Source of the DNA: a virus
Lineage: Duplodnaviria > Caudoviricetes
DNA length: 37,820 bases
IMG/VR virus record: IMGVR_UViG_3300024187_000016
Span: 1-37,820 of that record
Reading direction: 5' to 3' (one strand)
Of this stretch, positions 1 through 7,733 are shown piece by piece. The notes beneath the pieces were generated by a model, which was given only the letters and a program-made list of their open reading frames with translations, searched no databases and was not told the DNA's origin. The translations under genes were made by a program, and so were the position numbers. Position 1 is the stretch's first letter, and every line of letters begins with the position of its first letter.

Positions 1-1
1 G

Positions 2-625
2 GTTGGCAGGCGTCCGTCGAATGACTGGATGGAGCAGACGATGGTCGCCGAGGGCGTCGTCTCGCCGAGTCTGGGACTGATGGACGCGAGCGGCGCGGGG
101 CTCGCGGCGTTCCTGAACCGGCACTACGGCGAGTACGGCTTTACAAGCGCGGCCATCAGCTCGGTGTCGTTCGACACGCTGGCGGCCGAGTCGGGGCGCT
201 ACCCGCTGATGATCGGCGGGCGGAAGTGGGGCGCCGGCGGCCACTGGTCGGGACTCCGCGCGCACGACGCCGAGCGCGACGTGCTGCTGCTCGCCAATCC
301 GGCCGCCGGCTACGTCGGCGTCAACCAGGAGATGAGCCGCGAACAGTTTGCTCGGCTCGGCGCGTTCAGCGCGGTCTCGCTCTGTCACCCGGACCTCACC
401 GAGCCGATCGTCGACCCGACGCCGGGGACGCCGCCGGTGCCAGTGCCGCCGCCGCCGGAGGCGTTGCTGGCACAGATCGCGGCGCAGCAGGCCTATATCC
501 AGACGCTCGAAACCCGGCTTGGCGTGGCGTCGGTCGACTACGCGCGCGATCTCGATGGGCTCTCCGCCGGCGTCAAGACCGTGGCGAACGCGCTGCGGGC
601 GCTGCATCCGCCGCCGATGTCGTAG
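2..625 (+). CDS. 3' part of a papain-fold (C39-like) peptidase, probable endolysin, with Pro linker and C-terminal coiled coil; 5' truncated
   Basis: The frame is open from base 2 (VGRRPSNDW-MEQ). GGHWSGLRAHD...LLLANPA fits the His and Asp/Asn half of a C39-like triad; the Cys would lie upstream of the window. Its position at the end of the late operon, before a terminator, fits a lysin. Confidence 0.5.
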   Translation, partial: VGRRPSNDWMEQTMVAEGVVSPSLGLMDASGAGLAAFLNRHYGEYGFTSAAISSVSFDTLAAESGRYPLMIGGRKWGAGGHWSGLRAHDAERDVLLLANPAAGYVGVNQEMSREQFARLGAFSAVSLCHPDLTEPIVDPTPGTPPVPVPPPPEALLAQIAAQQAYIQTLETRLGVASVDYARDLDGLSAGVKTVANALRALHPPPMS

Positions 626-629
626 CAAC

Positions 630-665
630 GAAAAGCGCCCGGGTCGATCGACCCGGGCGCTTTTC
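630..665. terminator. Bidirectional intrinsic terminator
   Basis: Perfect 36-bp palindrome GAAAAGCGCCCGGGTCGATCGACCCGGGCGCTTTTC with A-tract and T-tract ends, lying between convergent genes. Confidence 0.9.
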
Positions 666-699
666 ACATCAGCAGGCGCCGATGGACAACCTGGAGCGA

Positions 700-1128
700 C
701 TACGTGACTTTCTGGAGACGGTAGACGCGCAGGTCGTCGCCGTACATCGAAACAGTAAACACCGTGACCCAGCCGGGCTCGGCCGGCGAGAAACCGATGT
801 TCAGGCGGTCATCCAGCGTGACCGTGCTACTTGGGTCACTTCTGGCGACAAAGCCCCCGGAAACCTCCCGCGAGACCGTCTGGTAGTAGGTGCGATGGTG
901 CCCGTAGGCGTTGTCCCACTGAAGGATGACGGCCGCGCATGGCGGGACGTCGAGCCGCATCTGCAAGGCCGACGACACGTATGTTCCGGCGATATCGTTC
1001 TGGTCGACGTTTGGCCCGCAGGCGACCGGGGCGGCCGGCTGGGCGGCCAGAGCTGGGGCGGCCGGCAGCGCGAGGAGCGCGGCGGCGAGCGCCAGCGCGG
1101 CGCCAGCGAATGAGAGCCTCGTGAACAT
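700..1128 (-). CDS. Secreted hypothetical protein (moron-like)
   Basis: N-terminal signal peptide (MFTR-hydrophobic-ALA), two Cys, beta-rich mature part, and an AAAGGA Shine-Dalgarno upstream. Confidence 0.75.
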   Translation of the reverse strand: MFTRLSFAGAALALAAALLALPAAPALAAQPAAPVACGPNVDQNDIAGTYVSSALQMRLDVPPCAAVILQWDNAYGHHRTYYQTVSREVSGGFVARSDPSSTVTLDDRLNIGFSPAEPGWVTVFTVSMYGDDLRVYRLQKVT

Positions 1129-1139
1129 GAGAGATCCTT

Positions 1140-1565
1140 TCAGAATGCGTCGGTAAGCTCGAGCGTGTTGTCCTGCTCGCGGTTGATCCAGCGCTCCCAG
1201 GTCGCGGCGATCGCCAGGACGTCGCCGCTCTTGAGCGACGGCCGAGCTGCCCCGAATTCCGCGGCGGCCTTCAGGACGGCCAGGCGCGTGATGGTGCGCT
1301 CACGTTGGCTGCTGGTGGCCCCAGGAGCGCTGCTCGGGGCCGGCGTGAGTGGAACGCCGTCGGCGGGCGCTACGGCCCGCAGGAAGCCCGCCTTATCGAG
1401 CGTAACCGTGACCTGCTCGCCGCGCTCGGGCAGGACGACGCCGACGGCGAAGCGCGAGACGTTGAACCAGCTTTCAAAACCTTCGAGCTTGAGCCCCTTG
1501 TCGTTGACGGAGCGGACGACGCCGCTGATGTGCTGGTCGGTGCCGTTGCCATTGATCGCCATCAC
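1140..1565 (-). CDS. Hypothetical protein, possible OB-fold ssDNA-binding protein
   Basis: Beta-rich N-terminus (ISGVVRSVNDKGLKLEG..WFNVS), Pro/Ser linker, helical C-terminus and an acidic tail (LELTDAF) resembling SSB tails. Confidence 0.5.
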   Translation of the reverse strand: MMAINGNGTDQHISGVVRSVNDKGLKLEGFESWFNVSRFAVGVVLPERGEQVTVTLDKAGFLRAVAPADGVPLTPAPSSAPGATSSQRERTITRLAVLKAAAEFGAARPSLKSGDVLAIAATWERWINREQDNTLELTDAF

Positions 1566-1726
1566 GCCGCCTCGACGATCTGCGTAGCAGCGCGGCGCAG
1601 CGCCCGCTCGGCGCGCTCAGAGAGCGCGGTGCAGGTCGAGCACACGAGGCCCTGGCGGCGGGCGCGACAAACGGCGAGGTGGATGTCGCGGTGCTCGGCG
1701 GTTCGGGCTACGATAGACGGTGTCAT
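1562..1726 (-). CDS. 54-aa putative Zn-binding peptide, not in the ORF track
   Basis: Manual translation MTPSIVARTAEHRDIHLAVCRARRQGLVCSTCTALSERAERALRRAATQIVEAA. Its stop overlaps the start of the next gene, and it carries an H-x3-H-x3-C...CxxC pattern. Confidence 0.65.
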   Translation of the reverse strand: MTPSIVARTAEHRDIHLAVCRARRQGLVCSTCTALSERAERALRRAATQIVEAA

Positions 1727-1794
1727 CGGAGGCTATCCCCTTCGGTGGCTGGCGCCGTCGGGGGTCCATCCCGGCGGCGTCGCTTCATGTCTAG

Positions 1795-1832
1795 ATTGTA
1801 CCAGATGTGTTATAGTTTCTGCTAGTGAGGAG
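1795..1832. promoter_or_regulatory. Divergent promoter region
   Basis: AT-rich patch with a rightward extended -10 (TGTG-T-TATAGT, 1806-1816), a leftward TACAAT (1800-1795) and RBS GAGGAG (1827-1832). Confidence 0.6.
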
Positions 1833-1837
1833 TCTCA

Positions 1838-2218
1838 ATGATCTTGACGCGGCTAAAGGTGATTCGACAGAGCCAGGCGCTTAGCATGCGCGCGCTCAGT
1901 GAACGATCAGGCGTGACGCCGACCACGATTGTCCGCGCCGAGCGTGAGTTAGACGTCTATCCGGCGACGGTGCGGAAGCTGGCGAAGGCGCTCGGCGTGA
2001 CGCCCGCTGCACTCCGCGGCGAGTCGCCAACTCCGTCCGATGGACCGCCGCTACCGTCAGGGCGCCCCGCGACGGCCGTACGTGCGCCGGCCGAGGGCCT
2101 GGCGCATGCGCTCGCTCAGGCCGAACGCTGCCGCGCCGACGATGACCTGGCGGGTGCTGCGCGCTGGGAGCAGATCGCAGCTAGGATCGCCGCGGCAGTC
2201 GCCGAGAGCAGCAGTTAG
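1838..2218 (+). CDS. XRE-family HTH regulator with C-terminal extension
   Basis: LKVIRQSQALSMRALSERSGVTPTTIVRAE...ATVRKLAKALGV is a typical XRE HTH. Confidence 0.85.
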   Translation: MILTRLKVIRQSQALSMRALSERSGVTPTTIVRAERELDVYPATVRKLAKALGVTPAALRGESPTPSDGPPLPSGRPATAVRAPAEGLAHALAQAERCRADDDLAGAARWEQIAARIAAAVAESSS

Positions 2219-2254
2219 TCAGCCTTATTTCGTGCACTACCCGAGTGGGGGAAG

Positions 2255-2665
2255 ATGATGGCGACAGCGACCAGGACGACCAGCCCGCTCAAGGAGCGCG
2301 TGTGGACGCGCTACGCCGGCATCTGCTGGGCCTGCGGTCTCACGGTGAACACGAAGCATGGGCGCCTGGAACCGATCGCGGATGAGCCGAAGTCCGAGAA
2401 GATGGCCGAGGAGAACCTGGCGCCGATGCACCAGGACTGCGCGCTGCTCAAGCCCAAAACACCAACCTGGAAGGCCGCGAACCAGTGGCGAGCCAGGACG
2501 CGCGGGGCGGCTGGTGCTCGAGTGAAGTCCACGCGCTTTGTCCTGCGTGAGATCCTGGAGCACGACTGCGATCCTGCGTACGTCCGCGAGCTTCTCCAGA
2601 CCACGGAAGACGAGCAGCAGGAGTGGTGGGCCTACTGTGACGCGCAAGCGGCACGCCACGACTGA
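2255..2665 (+). CDS. Degenerate HNH-fold / zinc-finger protein
   Basis: LKERVWTRYAGICWACG...ENLAPMHQDC follows the HNH scaffold, but the catalytic His motif is replaced (RLEPI). Confidence 0.55.
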   Translation: MMATATRTTSPLKERVWTRYAGICWACGLTVNTKHGRLEPIADEPKSEKMAEENLAPMHQDCALLKPKTPTWKAANQWRARTRGAAGARVKSTRFVLREILEHDCDPAYVRELLQTTEDEQQEWWAYCDAQAARHD

Positions 2666-2692
2666 CCGACCTATGCACGTTTAGCGGAAGCG

Positions 2693-2762
2693 TATACTAG
2701 CGCCACGCAAGAGCCCCGCGCAGCTGAGCACTGCCGGGGCACGGTGAAACCAAGGAGGTGAT
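2693..2762 (+). promoter_or_regulatory. Probable promoter, leader hairpin and strong RBS of the integrase operon
   Basis: TATACT at 2693-2698, hairpin GCCCCG-C-GCAG/CTGC-CGGGGC at 2713-2740, and SD AAGGAGGTGA at 2752-2761. Confidence 0.55.
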
Positions 2763-2768
2763 TTCACG

Positions 2769-2963
2769 ATGGACAGTGTACCTGAGCGGCCGTTCGAGAC
2801 GATCGAGGTGGTCAACGAGCACCTCACGATCCGACGGGTCTACAAGCCAGACAAGGACCGCTGCGTCGCAGCCACCGTTCTCCTGCTGCGCGCCGCTGCG
2901 CAGGCTCGCGCTACCAGGCTCGCCCGCGAAGCCGCCGAGCAGAGCGCCGAGGCCGAGCGATGA
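2769..2963 (+). CDS. Small protein translationally coupled to the integrase
   Basis: Near-perfect SD and an ATGA overlap with the integrase start. Confidence 0.75.
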   Translation: MDSVPERPFETIEVVNEHLTIRRVYKPDKDRCVAATVLLLRAAAQARATRLAREAAEQSAEAER

Positions 2964-4723
2964 GCGCGCGGCGCGGCAGGGGCGGGCTGATCCCGCTCAC
3001 CGATGAGTTCGTGGCCTACGCCTACAAGCGCGTGTCATCCGACGATCAAGAGAAGGACGGGATGTCACTGCCGGTTCAGGACAAGGAGCTGCTGGCGGAG
3101 ATCGCCAGGCATGAGACCTGGACCTTCGGCGGGTCGTTTCAGGACGTGCAGACGGGGACCAACCCGACGCGCGCCGACTATCAGCGGATGCTTGCGGCAG
3201 CACGAGCTGCGACGGCTGCCGGCAAGCGGGTCGTTATCACGGTTGTCAGGCAGAATCGGCTCGGCCGCGACGGCGAAGAAGCGCTCCGTGCCTGGAAAGA
3301 GTTCGACCGCCTCGACGCGCAGCTCTGGGCGACCCGTGATGGTGGACACCTGGCCGATCCGCTGATGTACGGGGTTCGTGCCATCCTCGCCGAGCACGAC
3401 GTTCGTCAGATCAGCGAGAACGTCAAGGGGACATTCGCCGAGATTCGGGCGAACGGCTGGCTCAAGCCTGGCCGTCCTCGCTGGGGCTACCGTTGGGAGC
3501 CAGCGACCACGGAGCAGCGTCAGCTCCAGGGCTCGCCAATGGTGGTGCCCGTGCCGCACCCGATCGAAGCGGAGTACGTGCGTGAGTTGTTTCTCCGACG
3601 GGCTCGAGGCGAGACGATCCGCGCACTCTCAACCTGGGTACGGAGCCTGCCAGTCGCGGCTAGGGGCGAAGTTCGACGGCATAACGGGAGCATGAGCCCG
3701 CGCGAGCTCTCAGTATCCGCCGTCAAGGACGTGCTCGACTCGCCCGTCTACATCGCCAGGAATCCCGAACCTGGGCAAGACGCGCTCGACGCGCCGGTCG
3801 GCAAGTGGGAGCCGCTGTGCGACGACGTGGCGTGGCGCGCGATCCATCCGCGAACGGGAGCGCGAGAGAACGTCGTCTCGACATCGGCTCGGGGGCAGTA
3901 CGTGCTCACGGGCTTTCTGTTCTGCGAGCTCTGCGGAGCTCGGATGTGCGGGCAGCTCCAGCGTGGTGCGCGCCGCGTCCGACCTGGCCGCCGCGACACC
4001 ATCTCGTCTGATACGCGCGTCTACATCTGTACGTCACGGATGGCAGGCGCCTCGCACGGGACGAAGCCATGCTACCGGACGATCAAGGCAGACCTGATCG
4101 AGGGGCAGATCCTGGGTATCCTGGGCACGCTGCTCGATGCGCTGAAGGAGCCCGGCGTGCGTGAGGCGGTGCGGAAGGCTGCGCGAGACCTGGAGTCGAG
4201 AGATGCGGCGACGGGTGATGCGCGGCGGCTGCGAAACGCCGAGCAGGATCGCGCTGCACTGGTGGCCGAGCGCGTTGGCCTGACGCGCACGCTCTCGGCG
4301 GGCATCATCACGGGTGAGGCCTACGCCGAAGCGGTCGCGGTCATCTCCGCTGGGATCGACGCGCAGGCCGCGGAGATCGCGAGGCTGACGGCGTTGCAGG
4401 TGGGCCAGCAGCGGCGGATGGCGGAGCGGCCAGCGGTTGACGTGATCCTGGATACCGCCGAGGACTGGGCGTGGATGCTCCGAGAGGGGGCCGTCGAAGA
4501 CCAGCGCGCGTTCTTGAAGCTGGTGCTGGAGCGGGCGACGCCGAAGCGGCTCAAGCCTGGGAAGTACCAGGCGGGGATGCACTACACCGGGCTCGGGTGG
4601 CAGGTGATCGAGCTGGGGGCGGCGGTGCTGCCGTTGCTTGGCCGGGTTGAAGATGTTCAGCGGGTCTGGGCTCACTGTACGGCTTCAACCCGGCCGGACG
4701 AAGCCCTCGCCGCCGCGTCCTGA
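2960..4723 (+). CDS. int: Large serine recombinase (phage integrase)
   Basis: Catalytic motif YKRVSSDDQ..GMSL..Q, RADYQRM, RLGRD, a recombinase domain (GYRW), zinc ribbon LTGFLFCELCGARM...YIC...C, and a coiled coil. Confidence 0.95.
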   Translation: MSARRGRGGLIPLTDEFVAYAYKRVSSDDQEKDGMSLPVQDKELLAEIARHETWTFGGSFQDVQTGTNPTRADYQRMLAAARAATAAGKRVVITVVRQNRLGRDGEEALRAWKEFDRLDAQLWATRDGGHLADPLMYGVRAILAEHDVRQISENVKGTFAEIRANGWLKPGRPRWGYRWEPATTEQRQLQGSPMVVPVPHPIEAEYVRELFLRRARGETIRALSTWVRSLPVAARGEVRRHNGSMSPRELSVSAVKDVLDSPVYIARNPEPGQDALDAPVGKWEPLCDDVAWRAIHPRTGARENVVSTSARGQYVLTGFLFCELCGARMCGQLQRGARRVRPGRRDTISSDTRVYICTSRMAGASHGTKPCYRTIKADLIEGQILGILGTLLDALKEPGVREAVRKAARDLESRDAATGDARRLRNAEQDRAALVAERVGLTRTLSAGIITGEAYAEAVAVISAGIDAQAAEIARLTALQVGQQRRMAERPAVDVILDTAEDWAWMLREGAVEDQRAFLKLVLERATPKRLKPGKYQAGMHYTGLGWQVIELGAAVLPLLGRVEDVQRVWAHCTASTRPDEALAAAS

Positions 4724-4740
4724 CGTTCTGCGTCTCATCG

Positions 4741-4778
4741 AACGACCCGCCCGGCGCATCGACGCCGGACGGGTCGTT
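4741..4778 (+). terminator. Stem-loop after the integrase, between convergent genes
   Basis: AACGACCCG-C-CCGGCG-loop-CGCCGG-A-CGGGTCGTT, followed by a weak U-rich tail. Confidence 0.65.
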
Positions 4779-4895
4779 GTTCATCTACGCATAACGTGGC
4801 GGTATGGGCACTCTTGGTTCTTGGCGTTGGTGTAGTACACATGGGCTTGGCTCTAGCCGGTATGTACTTCATGACTCGGTAGATAGCTCAGTGTC

Positions 4896-5327
4896 CTAAC
4901 GAGATTCCGCCGCTTCGAGCGCCTCCCAGGCCCGGTCGGGGTCCATCGCGTCGAACCGCTCCATGATCGCGGTCCAGCGATGCGCAAGCCGTGGACTATG
5001 GAACTGGTAGTACATCGCGAGGTAGAGCAGACTGGACTCGGGATCGATCGTCGGGTCACCGTAGCCAGCCGCCTGGGCCAGGTCTCGGTAGCAATCAGCC
5101 ATGATGATCTCATCATAGCGCCTCGATCCTGATGATCCTCTCACGATACCGAACGCCAGGCGCTCCAGCGTGCGCAGCGTCACCTGGTGCCTCCCGCCGT
5201 CACGGACGTTCTCAATCGCATGCCGCGACAGCCTCGACGCTCGTGAGATGTCCGCAATCGTGACGTCGCGCAGGTCGACCCACGCGGCGTACGCCTCCGC
5301 CAGTGACCGTCGAGGCACGTTCGGCAT
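4896..5327 (-). CDS. CI-like immunity repressor (XRE HTH)
   Basis: HTH VTIADISRASRLSRHAIENVRDG...VTLRTLERLA. It is divergent from a Cro-like gene and next to the integrase. No S24 peptidase domain is visible. Confidence 0.75.
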   Translation of the reverse strand: MPNVPRRSLAEAYAAWVDLRDVTIADISRASRLSRHAIENVRDGGRHQVTLRTLERLAFGIVRGSSGSRRYDEIIMADCYRDLAQAAGYGDPTIDPESSLLYLAMYYQFHSPRLAHRWTAIMERFDAMDPDRAWEALEAAESR

Positions 5328-5397
5328 CGGGTGCTCGTTCTCTGGTGAATTGTGCAGATGAGTCTACGTGCGGCGCGTGCAACCTCCACAGTGAGTA

Positions 5398-5439
5398 GAT
5401 AGGCTACGGATTGCCTATCGGGCAACTGGTGAGTACCGT
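5398..5439 (+). promoter_or_regulatory. Lytic promoter with overlapping operator-like inverted repeats
   Basis: TTGCCT (5411-5416), 17 bp spacer, TACCGT (5434-5439). Inverted repeats GATAGGC-N8-GCCTATC (5398-5419) and TTGCC-N5-GGCAA (5411-5425) cover the -35. Confidence 0.5.
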
Positions 5440-5521
5440 AGTAAGTCCCGGTGGTAGTCAGCCGTCGTAACGCCGCATGTACCGTCGCCCGTCATGTCGC
5501 CGCTCACAGAGGACTGAACCG

Positions 5522-5761
5522 ATGGCTGTTTCGACCACGTCGCCCCTGTCATCGCTGGCGATCGTCGCTGGCCGGCTCGGCATCTCGCAGAACGAGATTG
5601 CACGGCGCACTGGCCTGTCGTATCAGACGGTCAACGATGCCTGGCACGGACGGCCGTGCACGCTCAGCACCTGGGTCAAGATCGCCAAGAAGATTCCGGT
5701 CCCGCTCAAGATGATCGCGCCGCTGGCCGCCGAGGAGCTCGACGGTCTGGTCATCGGCTAA
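5522..5761 (+). CDS. Cro-like HTH protein
   Basis: GISQNEIARRTGLSYQTVNDAWHG HTH; first gene of the rightward early operon; AGAGGA precedes the ATG at 5522. Confidence 0.8.
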   Translation: MAVSTTSPLSSLAIVAGRLGISQNEIARRTGLSYQTVNDAWHGRPCTLSTWVKIAKKIPVPLKMIAPLAAEELDGLVIG

Positions 5762-5768
5762 GGGCAGG

Positions 5769-5963
5769 ATGATGTCCGTCGCACGGAAGCCTGCTAGTCC
5801 TAGCCACGCGGCCGACGCGCGCGTCACCGCCGCGCTGGCGCAGATCAGCGATGAGGACATGGCCGCGCTGGCGCAGGCTATCGCCCGTCTGCTGATCTCG
5901 GCGACGAAGAACCGCGAGCAGCGGCGCTTGACGACGCTGAAGGAAAGCGCCGCTCGCGGCTGA
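5769..5963 (+). CDS. Small helical hypothetical protein
   Basis: Operon position and RBS; followed by the hairpin AGCGCCGCTCG/CGAGCGGCGCT (5946-5979). Confidence 0.6.
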   Translation: MMSVARKPASPSHAADARVTAALAQISDEDMAALAQAIARLLISATKNREQRRLTTLKESAARG

Positions 5964-6023
5964 CCCGACGAGCGGCGCTGGCATTCCCGGGCGACATCAC
6001 CCAGGACTGAAAGGAGAGACGCC

Positions 6024-6254
6024 GTGTCTAGCGCACCCCGCGTGCCAGTCATCCACGCCGACCTGGGCCCGTCCGCCCGCCATGCCTTCGGCCGCTGGGT
6101 GGGGAGTGTCTACGGCCTGGTGGCGCACCTCGACGTCTGCTGCTTCGGCTGCACCGCCGAGATGACGCGCTGCTCTGAGGGTGACGCGGCGGTCGACGAC
6201 GAGCAGGCGCAGTGGCAGGCCTGGCGCGCTGCGAGGGAGATCGAGCCGTGCTAG
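6024..6254 (+). CDS. Small Cys/His-containing hypothetical protein
   Basis: AAAGGAGAG RBS, GTG start, HLDVCCFGC...C motif, and overlap with the next gene. Confidence 0.65.
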   Translation: MSSAPRVPVIHADLGPSARHAFGRWVGSVYGLVAHLDVCCFGCTAEMTRCSEGDAAVDDEQAQWQAWRAAREIEPC

Positions 6255-6745
6255 CGCTGGCGGGGTACATCGGCTGCATCGTGGCCGCCAATCTGACGCT
6301 GGCGCTGGTCGGCCTGGTGCCTGTCGGCTTCGGCCTGATGGCGCCAGCTGGCGTGCTCTGGGCGGGCCTGGCCTTGACGCTGCGCGACATCACGCAGGAC
6401 CAGCTCGGCCGCTGGCCTGTTGTCGGTGCGGTCCTCGCTGGCGCCGCGCTCTCCTGGCTCATCTCGCCCGCGTTCGCCGCAGCCTCGGGCGCCGCGTTCC
6501 TGGTCTCCGAGCTGGCGGACTTCGCGGTCTACACGCCGATCAGGCAGCGTCACTGGCTGACGGCGGTGGCGCTCTCCAACTCGGTCGGACTGCTGGTCGA
6601 CAGCGTGCTGTTCCTGTGGCTCGCCTTCGGCAGTCTGGAGTTCTTAGCCGGGTTGGTGGTCGGCAAGGTCTGGATCACGCTGGCGACGGTGGCCGTGCTT
6701 GCAGTCGTTCGGAATCGGAGGCCGGCATGGCGCTTCGCACACTGA
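6248..6745 (+). CDS. yhhQ: VUT-family (YhhQ-like) preQ0/preQ1 transporter
   Basis: Multi-TM protein with VUT signatures IVAAN, PAG..WAGLALTLRD, ASGAAFLVSELADFAVY and SNSVGLLVDSVLFLWLAFG. Start placed at GTG 6248 after GAGGGA. Confidence 0.88.
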   Translation: MLALAGYIGCIVAANLTLALVGLVPVGFGLMAPAGVLWAGLALTLRDITQDQLGRWPVVGAVLAGAALSWLISPAFAAASGAAFLVSELADFAVYTPIRQRHWLTAVALSNSVGLLVDSVLFLWLAFGSLEFLAGLVVGKVWITLATVAVLAVVRNRRPAWRFAH

Positions 6746-7053
6746 GCCTTGACCCAAGTGAGAAGCCGATCTCGATCAGTCTCGCCGGTCGGCTCACCTG
6801 TCGATGTCCGATCAACGGCCGGATGGATTACGCCACCGTTGAAGTGGCGTACATCCCGACCGGCGCCGTCATGGAACTGGAGGCGTTCGCGCGCTACCTC
6901 GACGGGTTCAGCAGCCGAACAGTCTTCCACGAAACGGTGACCCAGGAGATTGCCGAGGAGGTCTACCAAGCGACCGAAGCCGACGACATCACCGTCAGGA
7001 CGCGCTGGGACGCCGTCGAGGGCATCGCTTGTACCGTGGTGGCCCACCGATGA
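6727..7053 (+). CDS. QueF-like T-fold enzyme (QueF-L, preQ0 amidinotransferase type)
   Basis: 108 aa with CPINGRMDY (catalytic Cys/Asp), YIP and FHE motifs. The NADPH-binding QueF motif E(S/L)K(S/A)hK is replaced by ELEAFAR. It is the 3' part of track ORF 6181-7053, with RBS GGAGG before ATG 6727. Confidence 0.8.
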   Translation: MALRTLSLDPSEKPISISLAGRLTCRCPINGRMDYATVEVAYIPTGAVMELEAFARYLDGFSSRTVFHETVTQEIAEEVYQATEADDITVRTRWDAVEGIACTVVAHR

Positions 7054-7733
7054 TCTGGCTCAGCGGGCAGCTCGGCACCGTGCTCGACTCCGGCCACCGC
7101 TGGGATCTGGGCGTGATGTGTCAGCCGACATCGACGGCGATTGACGGGCAACTCCGCACGATCCGTCAGAGCGGCGTCTATTGGGCCGTCGATAACGAGG
7201 CGTTTAGCAGCAAATTCAGTCCCGAGCGATGGGAAGCGTGGCTGCGCGCTGTGCCGCGCGCCACACGGCTGACGTGCCTGTTCGTGGTCGCTCCCGATGT
7301 CCTGCACCGGGATGACAACGGCAACGTCTACGGCGATCCCGAGGCCACCTACGCACTGTCACCGCGCTACTTCCCACTCCTGCGCTCCCTGGCCTACCGG
7401 GTGGCGTACGTCTCCCAGGACGGGGCTACACGGGATCTGGTGCCGTGGGATGAGATCGACTGCCTCTTCGTCGGCGGCTCTGATGCCTGGAAGTTGTCAG
7501 ACGCCAGCGTCACCCTGATCCGGGAAGCCCAGGAGCGCGGCCTCTGGACCCATATGGGGCGCTGTCAGGCCCGCGAAAGCATCGGCGGACGCATCGGAGC
7601 TGCCCACGCGCTCGGGATAGATTCGGGGGATGGCACGGTGCTGGCCCGCGACCCATCGCGACTTGGCCGCGTCGTGCGCGGCCTCGACGCCTTGAACATG
7701 CAGGCGCCGATGCTGCTGGAGGTGACAGCGTGA
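7050..7733 (+). CDS. DpdA/TGT-like guanine transglycosylase
   Basis: Ordered TGT-barrel motifs: WAVDNEAF (DSGxF-like), APDV, QDG, FVGGS, THMGR and GIDSGDGT (second catalytic Asp). ATGA-coupled to the QueF-like gene and preceded by yhhQ. Confidence 0.7.
   Translation: MIWLSGQLGTVLDSGHRWDLGVMCQPTSTAIDGQLRTIRQSGVYWAVDNEAFSSKFSPERWEAWLRAVPRATRLTCLFVVAPDVLHRDDNGNVYGDPEATYALSPRYFPLLRSLAYRVAYVSQDGATRDLVPWDEIDCLFVGGSDAWKLSDASVTLIREAQERGLWTHMGRCQARESIGGRIGAAHALGIDSGDGTVLARDPSRLGRVVRGLDALNMQAPMLLEVTA

Noticed and set aside
226-1113. 295-aa plus-strand ORF
   Set aside because: Arg-rich shadow frame that crosses a clear terminator and overlaps two better genes.
4736-4873. Possible 45-codon minus-strand ORF after the repressor (MKYIPARAKPMC...)
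   Set aside because: No RBS, atypical composition, and it runs through the terminator hairpin.
6727-7053. Canonical NADPH-dependent QueF reductase
   Set aside because: Both lysines of the QueF motif are absent (ELEAFAR) and the protein is a short single T-fold, which fits QueF-L better. Not excluded without an assay.
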